From positions 1 to 51,303 of the forward strand of contig DASUBP010000186.1 in the NCBI GenBank assembly GCA_035763205.1: a DNA stretch of 51,303 bases, written 5' to 3'. Source of the stretch: Gemmatimonadales bacterium. GTDB lineage: Bacteria; Gemmatimonadota; Gemmatimonadetes; Gemmatimonadales; GWC2-71-9. The translations under genes were made by a program, and so were the position numbers. This document shows, piece by piece, positions 1 through 8,570 of this stretch; position 1 is the stretch's first letter, and each line of letters begins with the position of its first letter. The notes under the pieces were generated by a model that had not been told where the DNA came from, made no database searches, and saw only the letters and a program-made list of their open reading frames with translations.

Positions 1-290
1 ACCAGCGGCCACATCGCCTCGATGATCAGGGACGAGTCGTCGATCGAGCGGGTGCCCGCCAGGGAATTCCCGAAGAGCGTGTAGTCGACCCAGATGCGCG
101 CGAGCCGCTGCAAGTTGTCCGCCTGGAGCGGCATGCCCTTCACCTGACTGGCCCAACCGGCCAGCTGTTCGGCCGAGAGGGACTGGCCGGCCGCGGACGC
201 GGCATCCTTGGCATGCGCGGAGAACGCGTCACGCAGCGCGCCACAGGCGATGAGGGGGAGAACCAAGAGTACCGCACCAAAACGACGCAT
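1..290 (-). CDS. Lipoprotein with SurA-N-like (peptidyl-prolyl isomerase/chaperone family) N-terminus; partial, continues past the window edge
   Basis: Absent from the ORF track because it is open-ended. Reverse-strand ATG at 290-288 has AGGAG (300-296, overlapping the mfd stop) 5 nt upstream. Translation MRRFGAVLLVLPLIACG... carries a lipobox. The ...LARIWVDYTLFGNS... segment resembles SurA-N-type proteins. Confidence 0.45.
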   Translation of the reverse strand, partial: MRRFGAVLLVLPLIACGALRDAFSAHAKDAASAAGQSLSAEQLAGWASQVKGMPLQADNLQRLARIWVDYTLFGNSLAGTRSIDDSSLIIEAMWPL

Positions 291-298
291 TCCGTCTC

Positions 299-3200
299 CT
301 AGGGATGTGGGTCCTGCAGAACCGCGGTGAGGGCCCGGACCAGCCCGGGGCCGACGGCTTCGCCTCCGAGGCGTCGCAACCGCAACGACAGGGGCTGCGC
401 CCGGCGCACGGTGGCTTCGAACTGCACCGCGTCGAGCGCCGTGTTGAGGCCCGCCAGGCGCGGATGGGCATCTCGCCGAAACGTAAGCCGCGCCTCGTCA
501 CCCGAAATCAGGACTGTTTCCAGCCCCAGCCGGGCACCGAGCGCGCGGAGCTCCGCGACCAGCAGCAACCGGTCGGCCTCCTCGGGCGGCGGGCCGAACC
601 GGTCGCGCAACTCGTCGCGGACGGCTGCAATCTCGCACGGTTGCTGGGCCCGCGCCAGCCGCCGGTACACGTCGAGCTTCACGGCGTCGTCCGCCACGTA
701 CGCGTCCGACAGATGCGCCGCGCGGTCGAGGGTGACGTCCGGCGGCGCGAACGGCGCCGCGCCGCCGCTCCCGCCGCCTTTCAAGTCGAGCACCGCCTCG
801 GACAACCAGCGGAGGTAGGTGTCGAATCCCACCGCGTGCGCGTGCCCCGACTGATCCTTGCCGAGGAGATTCCCCGCGCCCCGGATTTCGAGATCCCGGA
901 GCGCGATGCGGTACCCCGAGCCCAGATCGGTGTGGTGCTCGAGCACGCGCAACCGCTCTTCGGCACGCGCGTCCATCAGGTCGGGCACGAGCAGGTAGCA
1001 GTACGCGCGCCGATGGCTCCGGCCTACGCGCCCGCGGAGCTGGTACAGCTGCGCGAGTCCGAACTGGTCGGCCCGGTCCACGATCATCGTGTTGGCGTTC
1101 GGTACATCCAATCCCGACTCCACGATCATGGTCGACACCAGCACGTCGACTTCCCCGGTCGCGAACTTCGCCATCGCCGCTTCGAGCTCGCGCTCGGGCA
1201 TCTGCCCGTGCGCCACCGCCAGCCGGGCCCGCGGCGCGAGCCGCGCGACGCGCGCGCCGATGGTGGCGATGGTCTCCACCCGGTTGTGCACCACGTACAC
1301 CTGGCCCCCGCGGTCCAGCTCCCGCGCGATCGCTTCCTCGAGCAGGGCGTCATCCCAGGGCTCGAGGAACGTGAGCACCGGGGACCGGTCTTTGGGGGGC
1401 GTCTCGAGCAGCGTGAGGTCCCGCAGACCCGCCAGCGAGAGATGCAGCGTTCGGGGGATCGGTGTAGCGGTGAGCGTCAGAACGTCCACCGCCAGCTTCA
1501 ACGCCTTCAGCCGTTCCTTGTGTCGTACCCCAAAGCGGTGCTCTTCGTCCACGACCAGGAGCCCCAGGTCGTGGAAGAGCACGTCCTTGGACAGGAGCCG
1601 GTGAGTGCCGATGACGACGTCGACTTCGCCCGCGGCGGCTTTCACGAGCGCGGCGGCCGTTTCCGGCGCACTGCGGAACCGGGAAAGCACTTCGATCCGG
1701 ACGGGATAGTCGGCGAGCCGTTCGCGGAAGGTGCGTCCGTGCTGCTCCGCGAGGATCGTGGTCGGGACCAGCACGGCGACCTGCTTCCCCGCCTGCACCA
1801 CCTTGAAGGCGGCGCGGAGCGCCACCTCGGTCTTCCCGTAGCCCACGTCCCCCACGAGGAGGCGATCCATGGGCCGGGCCCGCTCGAGGTCCCGCTTGAC
1901 CTCCTCGGTCGCCTTCCGCTGGTCAGGCGTATCCTCATAGAGGAAGGCGGACTCGAGCTCGCGCTGCCAGGGCGTGTCGGGCGGGAAGGCATACCCGTGG
2001 GCGAGCTGCCGCCGGGCGTACAGATCCAGGAGCTCCGAGGCCATGGCCATGATGGCCGCGCGGGTCTTGTCCCGCTGCCGCTGCCAGGTGGTGGCACCCA
2101 GACGGTGCAAGCGCGGCGGCGGGGCGTCCGGATCCCCGCTGGTGCGGTAGGGCTCGAGCAGGTCGATCCGGTACAGCGGGACGTTGAGACGGTCCCCGCC
2201 CTCGTATTCCACCGTGGCGACATCCAGCGTCGCCTCGCCGACCTGGATGGTCTCGAGACCGCGGAAGATGCCGATGCCGTGATCCAGGTGCACGACGTAT
2301 TCACCGGCGGTGAACGCGCCGGGTCCCAGCGCGTTCACCGCCGCCCGATAGCGCCGCGCCCGCCGCAAGCGGCGTGCGCGGCGGAAGATCTCGTGATCGG
2401 TGAGGACGCGAAGCCCGGGAAAGACGAAGCCCCCGTCGAGCGCACCCACGGCCAGGGTGGCACGCCCGGAATCGAGAAGCTCCTCCAGCCGCTCCAGCTG
2501 GCCCTCGTTGTCACACAGGATGACGGTGCGCGTCGGGCCGGCGATGAGCTTGCGGAGATACTTGAGATCGCGGTCGATCAGCTCGGGTAAGGAGATCGGA
2601 AAGCGAACCGTCGCATCGGGCGCCTCCGGAGCGAGCCGGGCGAATCCGCCGAGCAGCGACTCCCAGCGGTTGGGCGAGAGGAAGAGCGCCTCACGCGATT
2701 CGGGCTCTTCCCCCAGGCGGCGCGACACCTCGAGGTGGTGCGCCGCCTCGGTCCACGTCCGGTCGACTTCCTGGCGCAGGGGGGACTCGCGGTCGACCAC
2801 CAGGAGCGCGTCGGAGGGGAGCAACTCGAGCAACGAGGAGCGCACGGAATCCTGGGCACCGGACCGCCCCTGCTCCTTGAGCGGCAGGATGGTGACCCGT
2901 TCGACGGGGTCTCCGGAGCGCTGAGTGTCGAGATCGAAGCCCCGCAACGTGGCGACTTCGTCGCCCCACCACTCGATGCGGCCCGGCGCCGCCATGCCGA
3001 AGCCGTACACGTCGAGAATCCCGCCCCGCACGCTGAACTGCCCCACCTCCGTTACGGTCGGCACTTTCGTGTACCCCATCCCCACCAGTCGCTCGGCCAC
3101 GTCCCCGAGCGTCGGGCCACCCGCCTCGGACAAGGTCAGGCGCGCATCCGCGAGCGCTCCGGGCACGCCCGTCCGCTCCACGGTGGCGCGCGCAGTGGTG

Positions 3201-3556
3201 ATGAGGATCCTGATGCGGCCCTCGAGCAGGGCGACGACCGTCTCGATGCGCTCACCGGCGATTTCGACGTGCTGCTCTTCGCCGCCGAGGGATTCGCGCT
3301 GTGGATAGAGCGCGACGGCCCCGGGGGCCAGCGCCTCGAGATCCGAAAGCCAGCGCTCCGCGTCGGCGGGTGTAGGCGCCACGATGGTGAGCACGCGCTG
3401 GGGGAAGCGGCGCGCGAGGGTCGCCACCAGCACGGCCGCAGAGGATCCGGGCAGACCGCCGATACCCATTCGCTGACCCGCGCGTGGGAGCGTCGCCGCC
3501 AGCGCGTCGAACGCGGGGAGCTCGCTCATGCGGTCCAACAGGAAGTCGAGGGGCAT
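299..3556 (-). CDS. mfd: Transcription-repair coupling factor Mfd
   Basis: ORF 299..3970 trimmed to the internal ATG at 3556 (MPLDFLLDRMSEL...). That ATG overlaps the upstream gene's stop (TGATG). Contains the CarD/TRCF-like GEYVVHLDHGIGIF segment and SF2 helicase motifs GDVGYGKTEVA and VVDEEHRFG. Length 1085 aa. Confidence 0.93.
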   Translation of the reverse strand: MPLDFLLDRMSELPAFDALAATLPRAGQRMGIGGLPGSSAAVLVATLARRFPQRVLTIVAPTPADAERWLSDLEALAPGAVALYPQRESLGGEEQHVEIAGERIETVVALLEGRIRILITTARATVERTGVPGALADARLTLSEAGGPTLGDVAERLVGMGYTKVPTVTEVGQFSVRGGILDVYGFGMAAPGRIEWWGDEVATLRGFDLDTQRSGDPVERVTILPLKEQGRSGAQDSVRSSLLELLPSDALLVVDRESPLRQEVDRTWTEAAHHLEVSRRLGEEPESREALFLSPNRWESLLGGFARLAPEAPDATVRFPISLPELIDRDLKYLRKLIAGPTRTVILCDNEGQLERLEELLDSGRATLAVGALDGGFVFPGLRVLTDHEIFRRARRLRRARRYRAAVNALGPGAFTAGEYVVHLDHGIGIFRGLETIQVGEATLDVATVEYEGGDRLNVPLYRIDLLEPYRTSGDPDAPPPRLHRLGATTWQRQRDKTRAAIMAMASELLDLYARRQLAHGYAFPPDTPWQRELESAFLYEDTPDQRKATEEVKRDLERARPMDRLLVGDVGYGKTEVALRAAFKVVQAGKQVAVLVPTTILAEQHGRTFRERLADYPVRIEVLSRFRSAPETAAALVKAAAGEVDVVIGTHRLLSKDVLFHDLGLLVVDEEHRFGVRHKERLKALKLAVDVLTLTATPIPRTLHLSLAGLRDLTLLETPPKDRSPVLTFLEPWDDALLEEAIARELDRGGQVYVVHNRVETIATIGARVARLAPRARLAVAHGQMPERELEAAMAKFATGEVDVLVSTMIVESGLDVPNANTMIVDRADQFGLAQLYQLRGRVGRSHRRAYCYLLVPDLMDARAEERLRVLEHHTDLGSGYRIALRDLEIRGAGNLLGKDQSGHAHAVGFDTYLRWLSEAVLDLKGGGSGGAAPFAPPDVTLDRAAHLSDAYVADDAVKLDVYRRLARAQQPCEIAAVRDELRDRFGPPPEEADRLLLVAELRALGARLGLETVLISGDEARLTFRRDAHPRLAGLNTALDAVQFEATVRRAQPLSLRLRRLGGEAVGPGLVRALTAVLQDPHP

Positions 3557-5238
3557 CAGCGCGTCGTCACGGCGACGATCCACTCTCCGGCCACGAGCAG
3601 CAATGCCAGCATCAGCAGCAAGCCACCTGCATCTCCCCTCGCGCTCCCGGTAAAGGCTGCATCCCGGAATGCCGACGACGAAAACGACTCGGCGTCCAGG
3701 GCCCTCGAGAACATGGATGGCGTCGCGGGCGTCAGGTCCGACTCCCGCGAGTCTGGCCCGAGCACCAGCGCTCCGACGGTGTCCCTGCCATTGGTCCGGA
3801 ACTGCATGCCCGGCGCCCCGGTGGTATCGCTGACCGGGGCCTCGCCCTGTGCCAGGACGTTGACGAGCGCGTCCATGAAGGGCACGAAGGAGGGCGTGGC
3901 GGGCAACGTCGTCCAGGCGGTGTCCAGTGCGCTTCCGATGAGCAGGGTCGATCCTTCCCGCACCAGCCACGGTGAGCCATTCACCGTCGCCAGCACGGTG
4001 GCGGGGTCCCCGCCGGTCAGTTCGAGCCGCCGGCCGACCGGCACCCCTCCGAGCCCGCTTACGCCAGAGCCGCGAACCGAGACGCGGCCGGGCGTCGCGG
4101 GCACTCCGAAGCGCCAGTGTCCTCCTCGAAGTCCGAGCGCCCGGTTGACGGCACCGACGGATGCGGGATCCCCGGTCGCCGGAACGACCGCGAATCGCCC
4201 CGTCGGGAGCGTCGCGATCACGACATCCTTGCCCGCAGCGATGCGGTCTGCGTTGAGCAACACGTCGAGCGCGGCAGCGACGAAGGGACCCGCGGTCGGC
4301 GCCGCGCTCACCCGCGCGGGCGGGTGTACGCGTTGGACGAACAGGCGGCGGTCGTCCCCCCGCAGCTCGTCAGCCTCCAGGTCCACGGATCCGGTCCACC
4401 ACCCGACGGGCGCGGCGGGCAACGCGATCGCGAGTGTGTCGCCCGGCTTGGCGAGCCCGCGCGAAATCACCCGGTCGCGATAGGTCACGGTGAGCGTTCC
4501 CGACTTTCCACCCGGCGTCCCCACGATGGGAATGAGCAGCCTCGTATCCACCAGGCGCAGGTCGCCGACGCCGCGGTTCGGCGCGACGCCGCTCCTGGGT
4601 TCGAGGGCAATGACGTGCACGGATCCGGCCGGGACCGGGGGGCCGCTCAACGCGCTCGCCTGTCCATCCGAGATCACATACACATCGCGGTCGGAGAGCG
4701 TCGCGCCGGCGGCCACTGCCACCGCCCGACGCACCGCTTCCGAGAGATCCATCCGGCCCGCTTCGGGCCGGGCGTCATCAATCGCCGCGTCCAACTCCGC
4801 GGGAGTGCCGCGCCGGACCACGCCGTCGGCCAGCAGCAGCCACAACCGGTCGCCGGAGCCGGCGCGTGCGGTGACCGCGTGCGCCGCCGCCGCGAGTCCG
4901 TCGAGCACCCGGCGGCCGTCCACCACCACGCCGGAGGACAGCGAGTTGTCGAGGACGATGACGGCCGCCGTCGGTTCATGGCCCGTCGCCCGTCCCCATC
5001 CGCGCACCTGCGGTCGCGCCGCGGCCATGACGATCGAAGCGATGAGCAAAGTCCGCAGGAGGAGCAGGAGCAGGTGTCGCAGCCGCAGCCGCCTGGCGGT
5101 ACGCCGCTCGGCATCCGCGAGATAGCGAACGGCCGGGAAATCGAGGACGGGGGGCGTGCGGCGCTGCCGGAGATGCAGGAGCGCCGGGATCGCCGCCGCG
5201 GCGAGCCCGAAGAGGGCCAGAGGATGAAGGAAGATCAC
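3556..5238 (-). CDS. BatA-like membrane protein with vWA domain (aerotolerance-type double-TM N-terminus)
   Basis: GTG start in a GTGA overlap with the DUF58 gene stop. N-terminus MIFLHPLALFGLAAAAIPALLHLRQRR is typical of the Bat N-terminal domain. MIDAS-like VLDNSLSSG is present. C-terminal TM segment LLLMLALLLVAGEWIV. Confidence 0.7.
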   Translation of the reverse strand: MIFLHPLALFGLAAAAIPALLHLRQRRTPPVLDFPAVRYLADAERRTARRLRLRHLLLLLLRTLLIASIVMAAARPQVRGWGRATGHEPTAAVIVLDNSLSSGVVVDGRRVLDGLAAAAHAVTARAGSGDRLWLLLADGVVRRGTPAELDAAIDDARPEAGRMDLSEAVRRAVAVAAGATLSDRDVYVISDGQASALSGPPVPAGSVHVIALEPRSGVAPNRGVGDLRLVDTRLLIPIVGTPGGKSGTLTVTYRDRVISRGLAKPGDTLAIALPAAPVGWWTGSVDLEADELRGDDRRLFVQRVHPPARVSAAPTAGPFVAAALDVLLNADRIAAGKDVVIATLPTGRFAVVPATGDPASVGAVNRALGLRGGHWRFGVPATPGRVSVRGSGVSGLGGVPVGRRLELTGGDPATVLATVNGSPWLVREGSTLLIGSALDTAWTTLPATPSFVPFMDALVNVLAQGEAPVSDTTGAPGMQFRTNGRDTVGALVLGPDSRESDLTPATPSMFSRALDAESFSSSAFRDAAFTGSARGDAGGLLLMLALLLVAGEWIVAVTTR

Positions 5239-6119
5239 GCGAGCCGGCGGAGTGCGACGCCGAAAGGCTGATCGGTCGTGACGTGGTGGTAGGCGATCTC
5301 GTGCCGGCGGCAGGCGGACCGCCAGGCCGCGATTTCCCGGCGCACCGTTTCGCGGTAGCTGCGAGCCAGCTCCCGGGGGCGGACGACCACCGAACCCCTG
5401 GACTCGAGATCCTGATACCGGACTTCCGGCGGACCCGCGAGATCGACCTCCGCGGGATCCATCAGGTGCATCACCGTGACCTGGTGACCACGATGCCTGA
5501 GGTACCGCAGGGCGGTCAACGCGAGATCGCGATCGAAGAGGAGGTCGGAAATCAGGACCACCATCCCCCGGCGTGCGAGCCGCGCGGTCACCTGCCGCAG
5601 GGCCTCTTCGGCGGCGGTCCCCTCACCGTCGGGAGTCTCGATGAGCCCGCGCACGATGCGGTGCCATTGCCCGCTTTTCACTCGCGGTGGAAGAGCCTGC
5701 CGAATCCTGTCGTCGAACGTGATCAAGCCGGTCGCATCGCGCTGCCGGAGCAACAGGAGTGAGAGCGCGGCGGCAAGCCGGTCCGCGTACGCACGCTTGG
5801 TCAGCCGGTCGGGTGATCCCGTCCACGCCATGGACCGGCTGACGTCCACGAGAATCATCGCGCGGAGATTGGTCTCCTCCTCGAACTGCTTGACGTAGGG
5901 CCGGTCGGTCCGGCCCAGAATGCGCCAATCCAGGTATCGGAGTTCGTCCCCCGGCTGGTACGCCCGATGCTCCGTGAATTCGACGGAGAACCCGCGAAAG
6001 GGGGAGCGATGGAGGCCCGCAAGAAATCCCTCGACCACACCGGCAGCCGTGATCTCGAGGCCTCCCAGCTGGGCGACCTCACGGGGGTCGAGCAAATCGA
6101 GGCGGGATCCGGTTGCCAT
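5235..6119 (-). CDS. DUF58-family protein (vWA-like, normally a MoxR partner)
   Basis: Motifs HRSPFRGFSVEFTEHRAYQPGDELRYLDW and ILVDVSRSM match the DUF58 pattern. It is the first gene of the minus-strand operon. Confidence 0.75.
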   Translation of the reverse strand: MATGSRLDLLDPREVAQLGGLEITAAGVVEGFLAGLHRSPFRGFSVEFTEHRAYQPGDELRYLDWRILGRTDRPYVKQFEEETNLRAMILVDVSRSMAWTGSPDRLTKRAYADRLAAALSLLLLRQRDATGLITFDDRIRQALPPRVKSGQWHRIVRGLIETPDGEGTAAEEALRQVTARLARRGMVVLISDLLFDRDLALTALRYLRHRGHQVTVMHLMDPAEVDLAGPPEVRYQDLESRGSVVVRPRELARSYRETVRREIAAWRSACRRHEIAYHHVTTDQPFGVALRRLA

Positions 6120-6287
6120 TCGGGGCGGAAGCTAACGGACGCCCGAGCGTCCGGGCCAGGAGACACCCGGGTGCCTGACAGCTTTCCTGTTAGGTCTCAA
6201 GTCGTTATTGAACATTGTGTTACAAGTACCTGACGCGAACCTGTCGGCTGGCATGTTCTCTGCACCCAAGGGGCTCCCGGGAGACTC

Positions 6288-7403
6288 ATGCTCATTCACC
6301 ACGCCATCATCACCGCTCTCGCGCTCGCTCCGAGCCCGGCGCACCCGGCAGCCCCCAGAGGACCCGGGCACGACGGGAAAGGCCGCGTCCAGGTGTGGAC
6401 GGAGAACGGGAACGACCCGTACCGGACGGGTGACCAGGCGCGCGTGTTCATCCGCGGCGAAGAGGACGCCTACATCACGGTGTTCCGGGTGGACACGGAC
6501 GGCCGGATTCAGGTGCTCTTCCCGCGCGCGCCGTGGATGGACAACTACGTCCGGGGCGATCACGAGTACGAGATCGAGCAGAGCCGGAGCTCGAATGCGT
6601 TCGCCGTCGACGACGACCCCGGGGTCGGCTACGTGTTCGCGGTCTCCTCCCCCGATCCCTTCACGTTCGATCCGGTCACCGACGGCGACCACTGGGATTA
6701 CCGCGCCATGGACGGCGGCCGGATCCAGGGTGACCCGTACGTCGCGCTGACCGATCTGGCCGGACGCATTCTCCCGTCCAACGACGAAGACTGGGACTAC
6801 GACATCTCCCCATACTACGTCGAGCGTCACTACGACTATCCCCGCTTCCTTTGTTATGACTGTCACGCGTTCGCGAGCTTTGGCTCCTGGGATCCGTACG
6901 CCGCCACGTGTCCGCGTTTCCGGATCGTGGCCTACGACGACCCCGTGTACTACCCGTATCACTACTATCAGGGCCGCGCGGTGGTAGTGGCGCGGCCATT
7001 GCGCCCCGAGCCGCGGTTCGTCTTCAAGGACCGGGACGGCGCCCCCGATGAGCAGTTCGTCACGGTAACGCGGGACCGATCGAGAGAGGAGGGCAGAAAT
7101 CGGGGAGCATCGGGACGGGACTTCGGCGGGCCTGGGCGCCTGCCGGCACCCAGCCGGACAGGTCGGGAGTACGAGCCTCAACAGCCGGACGCCCAACATC
7201 CCGATCACCGGCAACCCGATCAGCGCAGGCGGCCGCCGGAGCAACGGCCGGCGCAACCCCCTCCGCCGCGTCAGCAGCCCAAGCCGAACGCCGAACCGCG
7301 CCGGGGACCGCCTCCACGCCCGGCACCGGCGGCGAAGTCACCACCGCCGAAGGAGCAGCCACCGAAGAATCAGCCGGAGCTGAGGCGCCGGAAGCCGAAC
7401 TAA
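6288..7403 (+). CDS. Secreted DUF4384-like protein with Cys motif and Pro/Gln/Lys-rich tail
   Basis: ATG at 6288 with GGGAGA SD. GDQARVFIRGEEDAYITVFRVDTDGRIQVLFP fits the DUF4384 pattern. Also has CYDCHAF...ATCP and a low-complexity C-terminus. Confidence 0.55.
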   Translation: MLIHHAIITALALAPSPAHPAAPRGPGHDGKGRVQVWTENGNDPYRTGDQARVFIRGEEDAYITVFRVDTDGRIQVLFPRAPWMDNYVRGDHEYEIEQSRSSNAFAVDDDPGVGYVFAVSSPDPFTFDPVTDGDHWDYRAMDGGRIQGDPYVALTDLAGRILPSNDEDWDYDISPYYVERHYDYPRFLCYDCHAFASFGSWDPYAATCPRFRIVAYDDPVYYPYHYYQGRAVVVARPLRPEPRFVFKDRDGAPDEQFVTVTRDRSREEGRNRGASGRDFGGPGRLPAPSRTGREYEPQQPDAQHPDHRQPDQRRRPPEQRPAQPPPPRQQPKPNAEPRRGPPPRPAPAAKSPPPKEQPPKNQPELRRRKPN

Positions 7404-8467
7404 CGCACGCCCGCCAGCAGCTCCGCGTTGGTGGGCGCGCGCTTCATCAAGGAGAGCAGTTGCTGTATCCCCTGCTCCGGCGGCAGGTCCACGAGACCCC
7501 GCCGGAGCTTCTGTTTCGCCTCGACGGTGGCGGCATCGCCAAGCAGCTCCTCGCGGCGGGTACCTGACGCCGCGACATCGACGGCCGGGTAGATCCGGCG
7601 GTCGGCGAGCTCCCGCGAGAGTCTGAGCTCCGCGTTGCCGGTCCCCTTGAACTCCTCGAAGATCACATCATCCATCCTGCTGTCCGTCTCGACCAATGCG
7701 GTGGCAATCACCGTAAGTGACCCACCCTGGGGAACGGCCCGTGCGGCGCCGAAGAGCGCCTTCGGCTTGGCCAGAGCGTTGGCGTCGAGTCCGCCCGACA
7801 TCGTACGCCCGCTCCCCCGTCCCCCGGCCGTGTTGTGCGAGCGGGCCAGCCGCGTGAGCGAATCCAGCACGATGACCACGTCCCGGCCGAGCTCCACCTG
7901 GCGCCGGGCATGCTCGAACACCATGTCCGCGACGGCGACGTGACGTTCGTGAGGAAGATCGAAGCTCGAGGCGACCACTTCGCCCCGCCCCCAGTCGACC
8001 ATCTCGCTCACCTCTTCAGGCCGCTCGTCGACCAGGAGGATCATCAGCGTCGCGCCGGGATAGTTGATGGCCACTGCTTCGGCGACCGCCTGGAGGGTGA
8101 CGGTCTTTCCGGCCTTCGGCGGAGAGACGATCAACGCGCGCTGGCCGAATCCCAGCGGGCAGACGAGATCAACGACCCGCTGAATCGCGGCCGTTCTGGG
8201 GCTCGAGGCCTTGTCGGTCTCGAGGCGCAGGGCCCGCTCGGGATGCACGGCGCCGAGCTTCGCGAATTCGGGCCGGTCGGCGAGCCCCGCGGGAGGGGCG
8301 CCATTGACGCTGGTGACGCGACCGCCTTCGAGCACCACGAGATCACCCCGGCGCAGTCCCGGCAGGCGCACGGGCGGATCGCCGTTCGCGGGCAGGTACC
8401 CGTTGGCCGCGAGCCGCAGGGCACCGCCCTTGGGGGTGGGGTCGTACCAGCCGGTGATGGGGGGCAT
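7400..8467 (-). CDS. rho: Transcription termination factor Rho, N-terminally short form (355 aa)
   Basis: Walker [21 protein letters not shown]-loop region, and RIYPAVDV near the C-terminus. An in-frame stop upstream forbids a longer N-terminus. Confidence 0.9.
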   Translation of the reverse strand: MPPITGWYDPTPKGGALRLAANGYLPANGDPPVRLPGLRRGDLVVLEGGRVTSVNGAPPAGLADRPEFAKLGAVHPERALRLETDKASSPRTAAIQRVVDLVCPLGFGQRALIVSPPKAGKTVTLQAVAEAVAINYPGATLMILLVDERPEEVSEMVDWGRGEVVASSFDLPHERHVAVADMVFEHARRQVELGRDVVIVLDSLTRLARSHNTAGGRGSGRTMSGGLDANALAKPKALFGAARAVPQGGSLTVIATALVETDSRMDDVIFEEFKGTGNAELRLSRELADRRIYPAVDVAASGTRREELLGDAATVEAKQKLRRGLVDLPPEQGIQQLLSLMKRAPTNAELLAGVR

Positions 8468-8485
8468 TCGAAGATCGAAAGCTAA

Positions 8486-8554
8486 GGGGTCAGGGGCCGG
8501 GGATCAGGGGTCAGTCGATCATGTCTGGACCCCAGACCCCCAACCCCCGGCCCC
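8486..8554. promoter_or_regulatory. Mirrored G4 motifs / cruciform in the rho-lepA divergent promoter region
   Basis: GGGG-N3-GGGG-N2-GGGG-N4-GGGG at 8486-8510 on the + strand, and the C-run equivalent at 8530-8554. GGGGCCGGGG (8493-8502) is the exact complement of CCCCGGCCCC (8545-8554). Confidence 0.6.
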
Positions 8555-8570
8555 TCTATATTCCCCGCCA

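Noticed and set aside
305-2590. Long ORFs antisense to, or out of frame with, real genes. Examples: 305..2590(+), 6132..7256(-), 8556..10568(-), 14302..15531(-), 17131..18597(-), 26206..27924(-), 32355..34352(-), 34513..36141(-), 42743..44617(-), 45712..47325(-), 48067..49278(-).
   Set aside because: These are typical high-GC artefacts. Their translations are Arg/Gly/Pro/His-rich with no recognisable motifs. Each fully overlaps a gene with strong family signatures on the other strand or frame.
3557-3970. N-terminal extensions offered by the ORF track: mfd to 3970, lepA from 8211, GHKL gene from 13074, PLP enzyme from 14488, ftsE from 14859, PP2C to 39640, GGDEF to 23774, holB from 49395, and others.
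   Set aside because: The extensions are low-complexity Arg/Pro-rich and overlap the upstream gene. In each case an internal start sits at a stop/start overlap or behind a good SD, and it coincides with the conserved family N-terminus.
6208-6225. TTGAACATTGTGTTACAA read as a LexA/Cheo-type SOS box upstream of the mfd-containing operon.
   Set aside because: The GAAC-N4-GTTC spacing and the second half-site are not satisfied (GAAC ATTG TGTT). The copy at 49331 has no second half-site at all. The uvrA upstream region lacks the motif. I kept it only as an unexplained shared motif.
8468-8520. The C-rich reverse-strand tract read as a rut-like leader for Rho autoregulation.
   Set aside because: The best -10 candidate for rho (TAGCTT, 8484-8479) lies downstream of the C-rich tract. 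The tract is therefore probably promoter DNA and not transcribed leader. This would need TSS mapping before it could be revived.
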